Source: Salinispira sp.
GTDB taxonomy: Bacteria > Spirochaetota > Spirochaetia > DSM-27196 > Salinispiraceae
Reading direction: 5' to 3'
Assembly (NCBI GenBank): GCA_965226555.1
Contig: CBDDDG010000022.1
Coordinates: 1-64,000 of the forward strand
Length of the DNA stretch: 64,000 nucleotides
In this document: piece by piece, positions 39,332-49,307 of the stretch
Layout of the letters: every line of letters begins with the position of its first letter
Numbering within the stretch: position 1 is the stretch's first letter
Notes under the pieces: model-generated
What the model was told of the DNA's origin: nothing
Database searches by the model: none
What the model saw: only the letters and a program-made list of their open reading frames with translations
Program-made: the position numbers and the translations under genes

Positions 39332-41077
39332 TTAATTTTCGACCAGACAGAACAAATCGCCGGCTATGAGACCGAGGTCCTGATAGATGACATCCTGTAG
39401 ATATTCAGCATCCGCCAGTAATTCTTCACTCGCCTGCGCTTTTGTCCGATTCAGAAAATTCCGTAGGCGCGGCGCCCAGCGCCCTATGCGTTCCGACATC
39501 CTGTTTTGCACAATCCAGCTCAGATCATCAACATTCTGCTGAAGCATATAGGCCTGAAACTCATTCACGAGGAGATATTCATCGGATTTATCATAATCGA
39601 AATAGGAAAAATAATAGGTAATATACTCACGTGTATTAGCGCTCATGTCTTCCCAGAGAGCGAAACTCACATTCCGAAGAGGCGGATGGTTGTAAAAAAC
39701 ACCGTGCAGGGCTTCATGATTCAGAAAAAGCTGCCGCGCCGCATCTGCCTGACCGGGCTGAACACTAACTGAGAGAATCTGCCCCTCTCCTTCTCCATAA
39801 TTTCCTGCCTCGTTTACGATAATGCCCTGCTTCAGAAGAATATCGCGAAGAAGTATTTCTTCAGGATTAAGCTCGAAATTTTCCCTGAGCGCCTGGCTAT
39901 AGAAACGGGCAAGATCGCGGGCATGATAATTGTGGGCATTCCACCCATGCCGGTCTATCAGTTCTGCATTGGACAGGAGTGTTCCCCGAATTCCTGTTTT
40001 CTCTGTGAAAAAGGCAAGGCGTTTGAGAAAACGCGCCTGAACAGCATAATCGGCAAAATCGAAAATGTGTACTTCAGGAAAAAGATTCCATGTAAAGAGT
40101 TCGAAAGTATTATGGCGCCAGAGAACTGAGGAATAATTCATGAGCATACCAAGATCTATTGGGAGCGGTTCCAGATTCTCAGGTGCATCGGCCTGAGCGT
40201 TTTTCGTTTCAAGCCTGAATGAGCGGAGCCGTCCAAATTCCGAATTGTGCGTAAAGCGAATGACAGCCGCTTCCGCGGTAAAGCTTTCCGGATAAAAATA
40301 TACCCGTTGTATTCCGGGGCGCAGGGTGAGTTTCCAGCTGCCGATGAGCTCCCGTTTTTCAGAAAGAATTTCAATTTCAGCCAGAGGCGGCGCAGGATGC
40401 GGGAGATCATCATCAAAATGAATATGATCGGCGGAATGTCCATGCTCAGATTTCAGCGGCATACCATTCTCCGGAACAGTATATTCATATTCCAGAGAAA
40501 AAACCGGCACCTCCTCTACAGGAACTACACGCTCTAAATAATTTGACAAATGCAATTCCTGATAAATGAGCGGAGATACAGCGCTGCCCGGGGCGGAACT
40601 ATAAATTTCCTGTTGGTACCGTATTGTCTCCGGTAAAACCATATGATAACTATCGAAATGAAACCCGCTGTAGTCTGTATGAAATGAAAGCCCGAAAATA
40701 TCGGGGAAATTCTGCTCATTTTTTCCCCTCATTCTGAGTTTCCGCATCTCAGGCGGATATTCAAATTGAAATTCAAGTATCCCCTGACCGGGGAATAGCC
40801 CGTGAACAGGATCAATTGTTTTCTCTCTAATGAGGATATCATCACGATCGAGAATTTCCAGTGTCAGAGGGTCTGCGGGATAGGCGAGCGATATGCCAAG
40901 GATGCCCGCTCCTTCGGATATGGGAGAAATATCCAGCTCTCTTATTCCTCTATTCTGCCTGAGTGTCATTTTTTTAATGACATTTCCATCAATATCTTCC
41001 AGAGGAATACTCTTGCCTTGACAGGCGGTAAGACTAAGGATGATACAACAGAGAAGGCATGGTATTTTCTGCTTCAT
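39332..41077 (-). CDS. Hypothetical lipoprotein with an HEXXH motif
   Basis: Lipobox LTAC; FLNHEALHGVF followed by NEFQAY. Confidence 0.7.
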   Translation of the reverse strand: MKQKIPCLLCCIILSLTACQGKSIPLEDIDGNVIKKMTLRQNRGIRELDISPISEGAGILGISLAYPADPLTLEILDRDDILIREKTIDPVHGLFPGQGILEFQFEYPPEMRKLRMRGKNEQNFPDIFGLSFHTDYSGFHFDSYHMVLPETIRYQQEIYSSAPGSAVSPLIYQELHLSNYLERVVPVEEVPVFSLEYEYTVPENGMPLKSEHGHSADHIHFDDDLPHPAPPLAEIEILSEKRELIGSWKLTLRPGIQRVYFYPESFTAEAAVIRFTHNSEFGRLRSFRLETKNAQADAPENLEPLPIDLGMLMNYSSVLWRHNTFELFTWNLFPEVHIFDFADYAVQARFLKRLAFFTEKTGIRGTLLSNAELIDRHGWNAHNYHARDLARFYSQALRENFELNPEEILLRDILLKQGIIVNEAGNYGEGEGQILSVSVQPGQADAARQLFLNHEALHGVFYNHPPLRNVSFALWEDMSANTREYITYYFSYFDYDKSDEYLLVNEFQAYMLQQNVDDLSWIVQNRMSERIGRWAPRLRNFLNRTKAQASEELLADAEYLQDVIYQDLGLIAGDLFCLVEN

Positions 41078-41085
41078 AGATTTTC

Positions 41086-41841
41086 TCAGAGACTGATAAT
41101 CCTCCGAGCCATATATTCCGCAATTTCTCTTTTCCGTTCGAGGGAAGCATCCTGATGGCGGACGAAATTTTCGAGCAGACCCTGAAAGGTATCTGGTTTA
41201 TGCGTAAGCTCAAGAGTATGTTGATAAAATTGGCGCGGGGGAGGCTCAAATACATGATTAATAGCAAAGAGTGTTCTGCAGGCGCTTGTAATAAAACCGC
41301 TTGCTGAGGTGAGGAAAAAGAGTTCATCGGCAACTGCAGTAGCTGCGCTGAGATCGCCAAGGGCATGTTCCATACGCGCCTGAGCTCCCGTTCTGAGTTT
41401 ATTCCAGAAAACATCGGGCACATTTTTTAGCCGTGAACGGGATTGTTTAATCCAGTTTGAATGCGCATGGATAATTTCTGCCTCCATAATTCGGTAGAAT
41501 GTGTAGGTTCCTGAATCTCGAATGGAGACTGCTCCGCTGACAGCAGTGTCTATAATATTGTCGAAGCGCTTTATGTCTTTGTATTCCAAACGTACGGGTA
41601 TGGAATCGGCCAGAAAACGATCCTTGCGATTCTGTGTTTCAAAAGCTCCGGCAAAGGGGAAAAATTCACCCCGATTATCGGAATTGGGAATTTCTCCCTT
41701 CTTATATACATCGAGACTGAGAAAAAAATACGGGTCATAGAGATCGTATTCATTCTGCATAAGTGTGAGCGTATCTACGCCTTCCCACTGTCTGACTACT
41801 GCAACTATTTGTTCCAGCAAACTCCGGATTCGTTTATTCAC
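41086..41841 (-). CDS. Conserved hypothetical protein (DUF4037/nucleotidyltransferase-like)
   Basis: YDPYFFLSLDVY, LFAINHVFEP; family assignment from memory. Confidence 0.6.
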   Translation of the reverse strand: MNKRIRSLLEQIVAVVRQWEGVDTLTLMQNEYDLYDPYFFLSLDVYKKGEIPNSDNRGEFFPFAGAFETQNRKDRFLADSIPVRLEYKDIKRFDNIIDTAVSGAVSIRDSGTYTFYRIMEAEIIHAHSNWIKQSRSRLKNVPDVFWNKLRTGAQARMEHALGDLSAATAVADELFFLTSASGFITSACRTLFAINHVFEPPPRQFYQHTLELTHKPDTFQGLLENFVRHQDASLERKREIAEYMARRIISL

Positions 41842-42027
41842 GTCGGATATTCTCCCGCAATGAGCGATAATTGAAATGAGTATATCATGGCTTCAGAAAT
41901 ATGCAAAGTTTATATCCCACAAAACTTTTAATAATTATTTGACAAAGTTATTGTATACATAGTAATATATCATTTAACTGTTATGCGCAAAATGAATTGT
42001 GGAAATATCTACATTACTTTTGTGTTA

Positions 42028-42081
42028 GAAACTTTTGCATTGGAAAATTGTGCAGAGCACAATTTCCAGTAGCAAAATTTT
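42028..42081. repeat. Palindromic element, long hairpin, upstream of the M23 gene
   Basis: gaaacttttgcattggaaaattgtgc-aga-gcacaatttccagtagcaaaatttt. Confidence 0.92.
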
Positions 42082-42115
42082 ATATTATATTTCATTTTAC
42101 AGGGAACATACGGTA

Positions 42116-43132
42116 GTGAATACATATTCCGATAAAGATAAAAAAAAGCTGTTCTCAAAATTTCCGCGTCTGAATTCTGGGAAAATTCTGTCCCGTCTTT
42201 CAGCTATAATCAATCAGAAATTTACCGTTATGCTCATTCCTCATTCTGAGAGAAAAATTGTTAACTTTCAGGTTAATACGCTCCTCATAGCTTTTATCAC
42301 GGTCCTGCTTTTTGGCGTATTCATTGGATTTTTTTACATGACTACTGTATATACCGGTTCAAAGCAGGTTATCAGTGAACAGCAGAATGATCTCATAGTT
42401 ACTCAGGGAAATATCAACACCATCATTGATGAGGTGAGCGATCTGGTCAGCGTCTATAATACTTTTGAAGATACCATGACAGAAGCCCTTCAGGCTCTTG
42501 ACCTTACTCAGGATAGCGACAGCGTTATCAGCGCTCAGGGCGATCTCTCTTCAATTAGCGACCTTCATGAAGTTACAAGCAGTGAAGCTCGGGAAATTCA
42601 TGACATTCGCCGATTACGCGCGGCACTTCTTGAAGCAATTCAACCGCTCGATGACATATCATCGGTTCTTCATTCCGAAAAGCAGTTGCTTGCAGACCTT
42701 CCTACTCTCTGGCCTGTTTCTGGAGGACGTTCAGTCGTTACCATGGAATTCGGCCCGAACATTCATCCCATTGAAGGCCGCTGGTATTTACATAAGGGTA
42801 TTGATATCGCAGGCCCCTATGGTTTACCTATTCTTGCCGCAGCAAATGGACGAGTCATAGAATCGGCATATGATCAGAGTTCCGGGTATGGAAACTACAT
42901 TCTCATAGAGCATAAATACGGCTTTAAGACCCGTTATAGCCATATGGGGTCCCGTTTGGTACGAGTTGGCGACATTGTTTCTCAGGGAAACCGTATTGGC
43001 ACATTGGGGAACACCGGTATTTCTTCCGGAGCTCATCTCGATTTTCAGATTATGCTCGGCACCGAAGTTCTTGACCCAACGAGTTTTTTGAGTATTAAAA
43101 ATAATTTCAGCCGATGGACAGGTAACCGCTAA
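42116..43132 (+). CDS. M23-family metallopeptidase with N-terminal TM and coiled coil
   Basis: HKGIDIA, GYGN, TRYSH, SGAHLDF; GTG start preferred. Confidence 0.9.
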   Translation: MNTYSDKDKKKLFSKFPRLNSGKILSRLSAIINQKFTVMLIPHSERKIVNFQVNTLLIAFITVLLFGVFIGFFYMTTVYTGSKQVISEQQNDLIVTQGNINTIIDEVSDLVSVYNTFEDTMTEALQALDLTQDSDSVISAQGDLSSISDLHEVTSSEAREIHDIRRLRAALLEAIQPLDDISSVLHSEKQLLADLPTLWPVSGGRSVVTMEFGPNIHPIEGRWYLHKGIDIAGPYGLPILAAANGRVIESAYDQSSGYGNYILIEHKYGFKTRYSHMGSRLVRVGDIVSQGNRIGTLGNTGISSGAHLDFQIMLGTEVLDPTSFLSIKNNFSRWTGNR

Positions 43133-43133
43133 A

Positions 43134-43676
43134 ATGGAAGCCTACTCCGATGATCATTATGTTAACTCGCTTATAGGCTTCGGGAGCAATTTTCGAGGCG
43201 ACATTGAAATTAGCGGTTTCTTTCGTATTGATGGTGATTTCTCAGGATCCATAAAAACCGAGAGCAGGGTTCTCATTGGGAATAACGGCAGGGCCGATTG
43301 CACTATTACTGCTCGGGTCGTTGTTATCGGAGGTATATTCCGCGGGACAATTTATGCTCACGATAAAATAGTAGCGCTCTCATCAGCATTAATTATCGGT
43401 AATATGTATGCTCCCCGGCTTGTGGCTGAAAATGGCGTGTTACTGCACGGATCACTTATTATCAGCGGCAATTCAAAAGGTAGGCCAAAAAGCAGAACAG
43501 AGAAAGAATTGTCAATCACTCTGAAAAATCCCGGAGAAAAAAATCTCAGAGAAAAAACTCTTGGCGAAAAAAATCTCAGAGAAAAACAGGAGCGCAAACG
43601 AAAGCATCCCCGAATTCCCCGCGTTATCAGAAAGAAACAGAGCGAAATTTTTGCAAAACCTTCAGAGCATTCCTGA
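43134..43676 (+). CDS. Bactofilin (polymer-forming cytoskeletal protein)
   Basis: SLIGFGSNFRGDI..RIDGDFSG..IGNNG beta-helix repeats. Confidence 0.88.
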   Translation: MEAYSDDHYVNSLIGFGSNFRGDIEISGFFRIDGDFSGSIKTESRVLIGNNGRADCTITARVVVIGGIFRGTIYAHDKIVALSSALIIGNMYAPRLVAENGVLLHGSLIISGNSKGRPKSRTEKELSITLKNPGEKNLREKTLGEKNLREKQERKRKHPRIPRVIRKKQSEIFAKPSEHS

Positions 43677-43695
43677 GTCAGAATAGGTTCTGCGT

Positions 43696-44181
43696 ATGGA
43701 TAGAATTGACAATTCATTGAAGGGGAAACTTCGCCCGGGTTCTTTTTCATCGAAGGGCAAAAGAAAAACAGCACCTTCCCGTATCTCCGGTTCTGAACAA
43801 AGCAGAACAGGTCTTTTCAACGTTGAAGAAACTGAAGCAGTTCCAATTACCAATGATACCGAACTGCAGGAAGTCGTGAATTCCATTCACCGCCTTGGCG
43901 ACCGACTTTTGAAATATCCTCATCCAGACACTGTTGCCCACTATCGGCAGGCTGTCCGTAATTTCATTAATCATGTTACCGGAAATGCGTATACAACACG
44001 TGAGTATATTTCCCGAAGAGATATTCTTAATCAGAAAAAATATGTTCTCATTCAGACGATAGATGAAAAACTTGATACTCTGTCCCGGAATGTTCTCGGA
44101 AGTCAGAAAAATCAGTTAGATCTTCTCAGTACTATTGAAGAAATTCAGGGTCTGCTGGTAAATCTCATCCATGTGAGCTGA
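43696..44181 (+). CDS. YaaR/DUF327-family protein
   Basis: GDRL..YRQAVRNFI..IDEKL..IEEIQGLLVNL. Confidence 0.8.
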   Translation: MDRIDNSLKGKLRPGSFSSKGKRKTAPSRISGSEQSRTGLFNVEETEAVPITNDTELQEVVNSIHRLGDRLLKYPHPDTVAHYRQAVRNFINHVTGNAYTTREYISRRDILNQKKYVLIQTIDEKLDTLSRNVLGSQKNQLDLLSTIEEIQGLLVNLIHVS

Positions 44182-44290
44182 AAATGTGAAAACTCATCGA
44201 AAACTTATCGAAAACTCTGCAAAATGCAAAAAATTTCTAACCATTCTTTAATTATTATAGTATAATGTACACACTTAGGAGGACTATAAA

Positions 44291-46339
44291 ATGTATAGTG
44301 CTACAGAACATGTTGTAAAGCGGAAACTGGTGAATTCTTCACCAATTATTTTGCTTATACTGCTTGTGTTTTTTTTGCTTGTCGGATGTGCGACTCAGTT
44401 GTATGGGGAAGGTCAGGAAGCCTTCACACTTCAGCTGCTCCATTTTGCCGACATTGATGGTAATGAAGAAATTGCGCTTTCTTCTGTCGATGAATTTTCG
44501 GCATTGGTTCAGGCATTTTCAGCTGATGAACAATACGGACCGGCAACTCTTCTGGTAAGTTCAGGAGATAATATTATTCCGGGGCCGCGTTTCTATGCTG
44601 CTGAACAGAGGGCTGTTCGCTCAGTAACGGGGAGTAATGAACCCGGGCATACCGACATTGCATTTATGAACCTGCTGGGAGTAAAAGCTTCTGCCATGGG
44701 TAATCATGATCTGGATGCCGGCCCCGGAGAATTTGCCGATGCAATTAAGGCTGAATCCAGTAATGGTGTGGATTTTCCCGGCGCGGAGTTTCCGTATCTG
44801 TCTGCCAACCTCGATTGGAGTACCGATAACGATACTGCCGAAATAACAGGCAGGAATGGCGCCGATGTTTCGGAGCTTGCCGGTAAGGTAGCTGCCTATG
44901 CCACTGTTGTGGTGGGGGGTGAGAAAATAGGTCTTGTGGGAGCTTCAACTCCTCTTCTTGGTACTATTACCAGCACCGGGGGAATTACTGTTCTGCCGGA
45001 AGATCGATCTGTTACATCTCTTGCTGCAATAATACAGTCTTCGGTTGATGAACTTTCTGCCATGAGTGTAAACAAGATCATTCTTCTTTCGCACATGCAG
45101 CAGATAGCGATAGAGCAGGAGCTCGCTGGTCTTCTGGAGGATGTTGATATTATTGTCGCCGGCGGATCGAACACGCGCATGGGCAATTCTTCCAACATGC
45201 TTTATCCGGGCGATGAAGAGTTCGAGATGGACTATCCCTACAGCGCAACCGATGCCGGTGGATCGCCCACTGTTGTCGTGAATGTTGACGGCGATTACAA
45301 GTATCTGGGGCGTCTGGTTATCTCTTTTGATGAGGATGGTGTACTTCTGAAAAGCTCAATCGATCAGAACCGTTCCCTTAATGGTTCCTGGCCTGCAACT
45401 TCCGAAACTGTTGCTGAAGTCGGCGGGAGAGTGAACGCGGATGTTGTTGCTGTACGCGATGCAATACAGGGAGTAATTAATGCTCAGTATGGTAATGTTG
45501 TCGGTTATACATCGGTGTATCTTGATGGGCGCCGTTCACAGGTCCGTACTGAAGAAACAAATCTTGGTAATCTTTCGGCCGATGCGAACCTTTGGTATGC
45601 AAACCTGCTTTCCGATGAACCAGTTCATGTTTCACTCAAGAATGGCGGAGGTCTGCGCACCGAAATTGGTTCTGCCGTAGTACCGCCGGGCTCGCTGGAC
45701 TATAGTCAGGCTGTATACAATCCTCCGGGCGCAAATGCTGAAGTCGGCACCGATGAAGGAGCCGTAACTGAAGGACATCTGCGGGCAACAATGCGCTTCG
45801 ATAACGGTCTTGTTCTTCTCAGCGCGACCCCCGCGGAACTTCGCGATATCCTAGAACACGGTATAGCCGAAACTGCCGAGGGCGCAACCCCCGGACGCTT
45901 TCCCCAAATTGGCGGCATGCGGATGGTCTTTGACGCATCTCGGCCTTCCGGGCAGCGAATTGTGGAACTAGTGGTAACGGGAGCGGACGGCAGCAGTAAT
46001 GACGTGGTCGTATCCGCAGGGAACCTTGTCGGCGACTCCGAGCGTGTTTATCGTCTGGTAACTCTGAATTTCCTTGCCAACGGCGGCGATGATTATCCCT
46101 TTGTTGATCTGTCTTCACCTGATCGGCAGAATCTCTACGAAGGAACAGGCTTTGGAGAGGAAACCGATTATCCGGACGGAAACCTCGGTAATGATCCGGG
46201 TCGAAACGATTCCTTCAGCTACACGGGCGGTGAACAAGATGCCTTTGCTGAGTACCTGCTGCAGTTTCATGCAAACCCTGCGCGTGCCTTTTCAGTTGAG
46301 GAAACCCCCCGGGCTCAGGACAGGCGGATTTCGTACTAG
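44291..46339 (+). CDS. Bifunctional metallophosphatase/5'-nucleotidase lipoprotein
   Basis: LQLLHFAD, SSGD, GNHD, RTEETNLGNL, NGGGLR, FPQIGG, FLANGGDDY. Confidence 0.9.
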   Translation: MYSATEHVVKRKLVNSSPIILLILLVFFLLVGCATQLYGEGQEAFTLQLLHFADIDGNEEIALSSVDEFSALVQAFSADEQYGPATLLVSSGDNIIPGPRFYAAEQRAVRSVTGSNEPGHTDIAFMNLLGVKASAMGNHDLDAGPGEFADAIKAESSNGVDFPGAEFPYLSANLDWSTDNDTAEITGRNGADVSELAGKVAAYATVVVGGEKIGLVGASTPLLGTITSTGGITVLPEDRSVTSLAAIIQSSVDELSAMSVNKIILLSHMQQIAIEQELAGLLEDVDIIVAGGSNTRMGNSSNMLYPGDEEFEMDYPYSATDAGGSPTVVVNVDGDYKYLGRLVISFDEDGVLLKSSIDQNRSLNGSWPATSETVAEVGGRVNADVVAVRDAIQGVINAQYGNVVGYTSVYLDGRRSQVRTEETNLGNLSADANLWYANLLSDEPVHVSLKNGGGLRTEIGSAVVPPGSLDYSQAVYNPPGANAEVGTDEGAVTEGHLRATMRFDNGLVLLSATPAELRDILEHGIAETAEGATPGRFPQIGGMRMVFDASRPSGQRIVELVVTGADGSSNDVVVSAGNLVGDSERVYRLVTLNFLANGGDDYPFVDLSSPDRQNLYEGTGFGEETDYPDGNLGNDPGRNDSFSYTGGEQDAFAEYLLQFHANPARAFSVEETPRAQDRRISY

Positions 46340-46357
46340 AATTTCATAATACATACA

Positions 46358-46411
46358 GAAAGTTTTGCTACTGGAAATTGTGCTTGCGCAATTTTCCACG
46401 GCAAAACTTTC
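46358..46411. repeat. Palindromic element, long hairpin, abutting an extended -10 (TGTTATAAT, 46412-46420)
   Basis: gaaagttttgctactggaaattgtgc-tt-gcgcaattttccacggcaaaactttc. Confidence 0.9.
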
Positions 46412-46448
46412 TGTTATAATACTTCCAGTTATTAAGAAGGAGGAAAAT

Positions 46449-48836
46449 ATGTGTGTTAATTTTATGCGGAGAGGAACCCTTTTTCTATTCTGCTCAATGT
46501 TTATTGTATTGATGGCGGGATGTCCAATGCCGGAACCCAATATGGGGGGGGGTAATGTAAGCCCGCCGGGCACAATGGCTGCCCCAACTCTTGAAGCGGG
46601 AGATGAGCAACTCATTGCGACATGGACTGCGCCAAATAACGGCGGCATTACCGGCTATGAGCTGCAATATAGACAATATAGCGCTGACGGCGGAACCACA
46701 TGGTCGGATCCTCCTATTGAAGTCGCCGCGCCCGCCACAAAGACCATCATCACCGGCCTGACCAACGGCAGCAGTTATGAAGTACAGGTACGCGCACGGA
46801 ACAGCGCGGGCACTGGCGGCTGGTCGGACAGCGCATTAGCAAGCCCCGTTGCCGTTCCCCATGCGCCGAACGCTCCCGGGCTTACCCCGGAAAATAGTCA
46901 ACTAACAGTTTATTGGACTGCGCCGACCAGCGATGGTGGCAGCGCCATTACCGGCTATGAGCTGCAATATAGACAATATAGCTCAGACGGCGGAACCACA
47001 TGGTCGGATCCTCCTATTGAAGTCGCCGCGCCCGCCACAAAGACCATCATCACCGGCCTGAGCAACGGCAGCAGTTATGAAGTACAGGTACGCGCCATCA
47101 ACGCGCAGGGCGCAGGCGGCTGGTCGGACAGCGCATTAGCAAGCCCTGTTGCCGTTCCCCATGCTCCCGACTTGCCAAGCCTCACCGTGGAAAATGAGCA
47201 ACTTCGCATTTCATGGGCAGCGCCGACCAACACCGGCGGCAGCGACATTACCGGCTATGACCTGCGCTACGCACTAAACAATTCACCCCTGCCGGACGAG
47301 CCGCAAATTAGCAACACAAGCAATACCTCTCATACCATTATGCAACTGGAAATTGGCAGCCGCTACACCGTACAGGTGCGCGGCATCAACGCTGAAGGCA
47401 GGGGTCCGTGGTCAGAATCCGCAGCGAAAACATTCCCGCTCATTGCGACACAGGTGCCGGAGGGTACGGAGGTCTTTGTCATTCTTTCGACTGTTGACAA
47501 CGCAATTGCCAATGCCGCAAACCCAAACATTACTGTGGTTCCGGTTACTTCCCCGGCATTAACGGTTGTCTTGCCGACAATTGATGCGGCTACCGGAATT
47601 ATTATGGTTACCGCAAGCACAAGCCCAGGAACATATACGGTATCTGGTACAGACGGAGGAAGCGAACTGTTCACCCCCGAAGAGTTCTCTGTTACCCTGA
47701 GTCCTCCTACTAACGCTGCACTGAAAACAGCGGTAGCTAATGGAATATCAAACTGGGGACAAACTGCCGACCTCAACTACATTCTTACTACGGCAATAAC
47801 GGACATGTCCGAAGTGTTCAAAGATAAAACCGCATTCAATGGAAATATCTCGGGCTGGACTGTCAGTTCGGTAACGGATATGTCGTCGATGTTCCATGGC
47901 GCAGGCGCATTCAATGGAAATATCTCGGGTTGGACTGTCAGCGCTGTAACAGATATGTCGGGGATGTTCAATAATGCACGCGCATTCAATGGAAATATCT
48001 CGGGCTGGACTGTCAGCGCGGTAACGGATATGTCGGAAATGTTCCGTGGCGCAACCGCATTCAATCGTGATCTTAATAATTGGACTGTCAGTTCGGTAAC
48101 GACTATGAGCAATATGTTCTATTTCGCAAAAGTATTCAATGGCGATATTTCCGGTTGGGATGTCAGCGCGGTAACAGATATGTCCGGTATGTTCCATAAC
48201 GCAGACGCATTCAATCGTGATCTTAATAATTGGACTGTCAGCGCGGTAACGGATATGTCAGAAATGTTCCGTGACACAAACACATTCAATGGAAATATCT
48301 CGGGATGGACTGTCAGCGCGGTAACGGATATGTCGGGGATGTTTACTAGCACCATCGCATTCAATCGTGATCTTAATAATTGGACTGTCAGCGCTGTAAC
48401 GGATATGTCGGGGATGTTTGCTAACACAACCGCATTCAATGGCGACATTTCCGGTTGGGATGTCAGTAAGGTAACGACTATGGCCAGTATGTTCCTGAGC
48501 GCAATCGCATTCAATGGCGACATCTCCGGTTGGGATGTCAGTAAGGTAACGACTATGGCCAGTATGTTCCTGAGCGCAATCGCATTCAATGGCAACATTT
48601 CCGGTTGGGATGTCAGCTCGGTAACGAGTATGAGCAATATGTTCTTTTTGGCAAGCGCATTCAATCAGAATCTTGAGGAGTGGAAGGCACATTGGACGTC
48701 CGAAACTGGCAACAAGCTCGATGCCAATGGCAAATATACCGGAACCAAAATAAATATGTTTACGGATTCCGGCTTGGATGTGGATACAGATCCTCTGACT
48801 GATGGGAAGCAACCAAATTTTCCGTCATGGTATTAG
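46449..48836 (+). CDS. Surface lipoprotein with three FN3 domains and about 12 DUF285/BspA-like 25-aa repeats
   Basis: Lipobox LMAGC; WTAP..GY..Y.VQVRA.N..G FN3 units; FNGNISGWTVSAVTDMSxMF repeats with a 75-bp period. Confidence 0.9.
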   Translation: MCVNFMRRGTLFLFCSMFIVLMAGCPMPEPNMGGGNVSPPGTMAAPTLEAGDEQLIATWTAPNNGGITGYELQYRQYSADGGTTWSDPPIEVAAPATKTIITGLTNGSSYEVQVRARNSAGTGGWSDSALASPVAVPHAPNAPGLTPENSQLTVYWTAPTSDGGSAITGYELQYRQYSSDGGTTWSDPPIEVAAPATKTIITGLSNGSSYEVQVRAINAQGAGGWSDSALASPVAVPHAPDLPSLTVENEQLRISWAAPTNTGGSDITGYDLRYALNNSPLPDEPQISNTSNTSHTIMQLEIGSRYTVQVRGINAEGRGPWSESAAKTFPLIATQVPEGTEVFVILSTVDNAIANAANPNITVVPVTSPALTVVLPTIDAATGIIMVTASTSPGTYTVSGTDGGSELFTPEEFSVTLSPPTNAALKTAVANGISNWGQTADLNYILTTAITDMSEVFKDKTAFNGNISGWTVSSVTDMSSMFHGAGAFNGNISGWTVSAVTDMSGMFNNARAFNGNISGWTVSAVTDMSEMFRGATAFNRDLNNWTVSSVTTMSNMFYFAKVFNGDISGWDVSAVTDMSGMFHNADAFNRDLNNWTVSAVTDMSEMFRDTNTFNGNISGWTVSAVTDMSGMFTSTIAFNRDLNNWTVSAVTDMSGMFANTTAFNGDISGWDVSKVTTMASMFLSAIAFNGDISGWDVSKVTTMASMFLSAIAFNGNISGWDVSSVTSMSNMFFLASAFNQNLEEWKAHWTSETGNKLDANGKYTGTKINMFTDSGLDVDTDPLTDGKQPNFPSWY

Positions 48837-48907
48837 TTTCATAGCCCATAGCCCGCAGCGGCTATTGAAAAAATGGCAATTCAACTCAGGCAGGCGCGGA
48901 TTTTCCC

Positions 48908-49018
48908 CCGGATGCTTGGGCGAGCAGGCGCGGAGCGCCGACCAGCCCCGTGCCTGCCTTTTTTCTGATAAGACGGCTGGTCGGGGAGGCTGCGCGGCTG
49001 CTCGCTCATGCGTCTGGA
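48908..49018. repeat. GC-rich imperfect inverted repeat (second repeat family)
   Basis: ccggatgcttgggcgagcag..ccgaccagcc / ggctggtcgg..ctgctcgctcatgcgtctgg. Confidence 0.7.
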
Positions 49019-49307
49019 TCAGGATAATATCCCGAAAAAATCGAAACTTTTTCAAAAACTTTTTCATATTCACCGTTCATATGTATCCCGTCTATATGGT
49101 ATGAGCAAAAAGTATATCGGCACAGAGCATACCAGCCCCCGCATTCCCCAATCCCCTGAAAAAAATCACAACATTCTTTCAAATTCTCTCAAAATACATA
49201 GTTAAAAATGACTTTTTACCCGTTATAGATATAGAGGGAGAATTCACCATGGGACCATGTCGCCATGGGAGCTCCCCTATTCAGAAAAAAACGTTCAGGA
49301 GGATTGT

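Noticed and set aside
46365..46448. Shared N-terminal peptides in the ORF track (MLLEIVLAQFS, MHWKIVQSTIS, MHFAKLS) as a protein domain
   Set aside because: They arise from start codons within or beside the palindrome; better starts with RBS or family-typical N-termini lie downstream.
47790..48680. DUF285 repeats as a diversity-generating retroelement target
   Set aside because: No reverse transcriptase or template repeat in the window, and differences are not visibly adenine-specific.
48856..48900. ggctattgaaaaa as an IS end
   Set aside because: No matching inverted partner or transposase remnant found.
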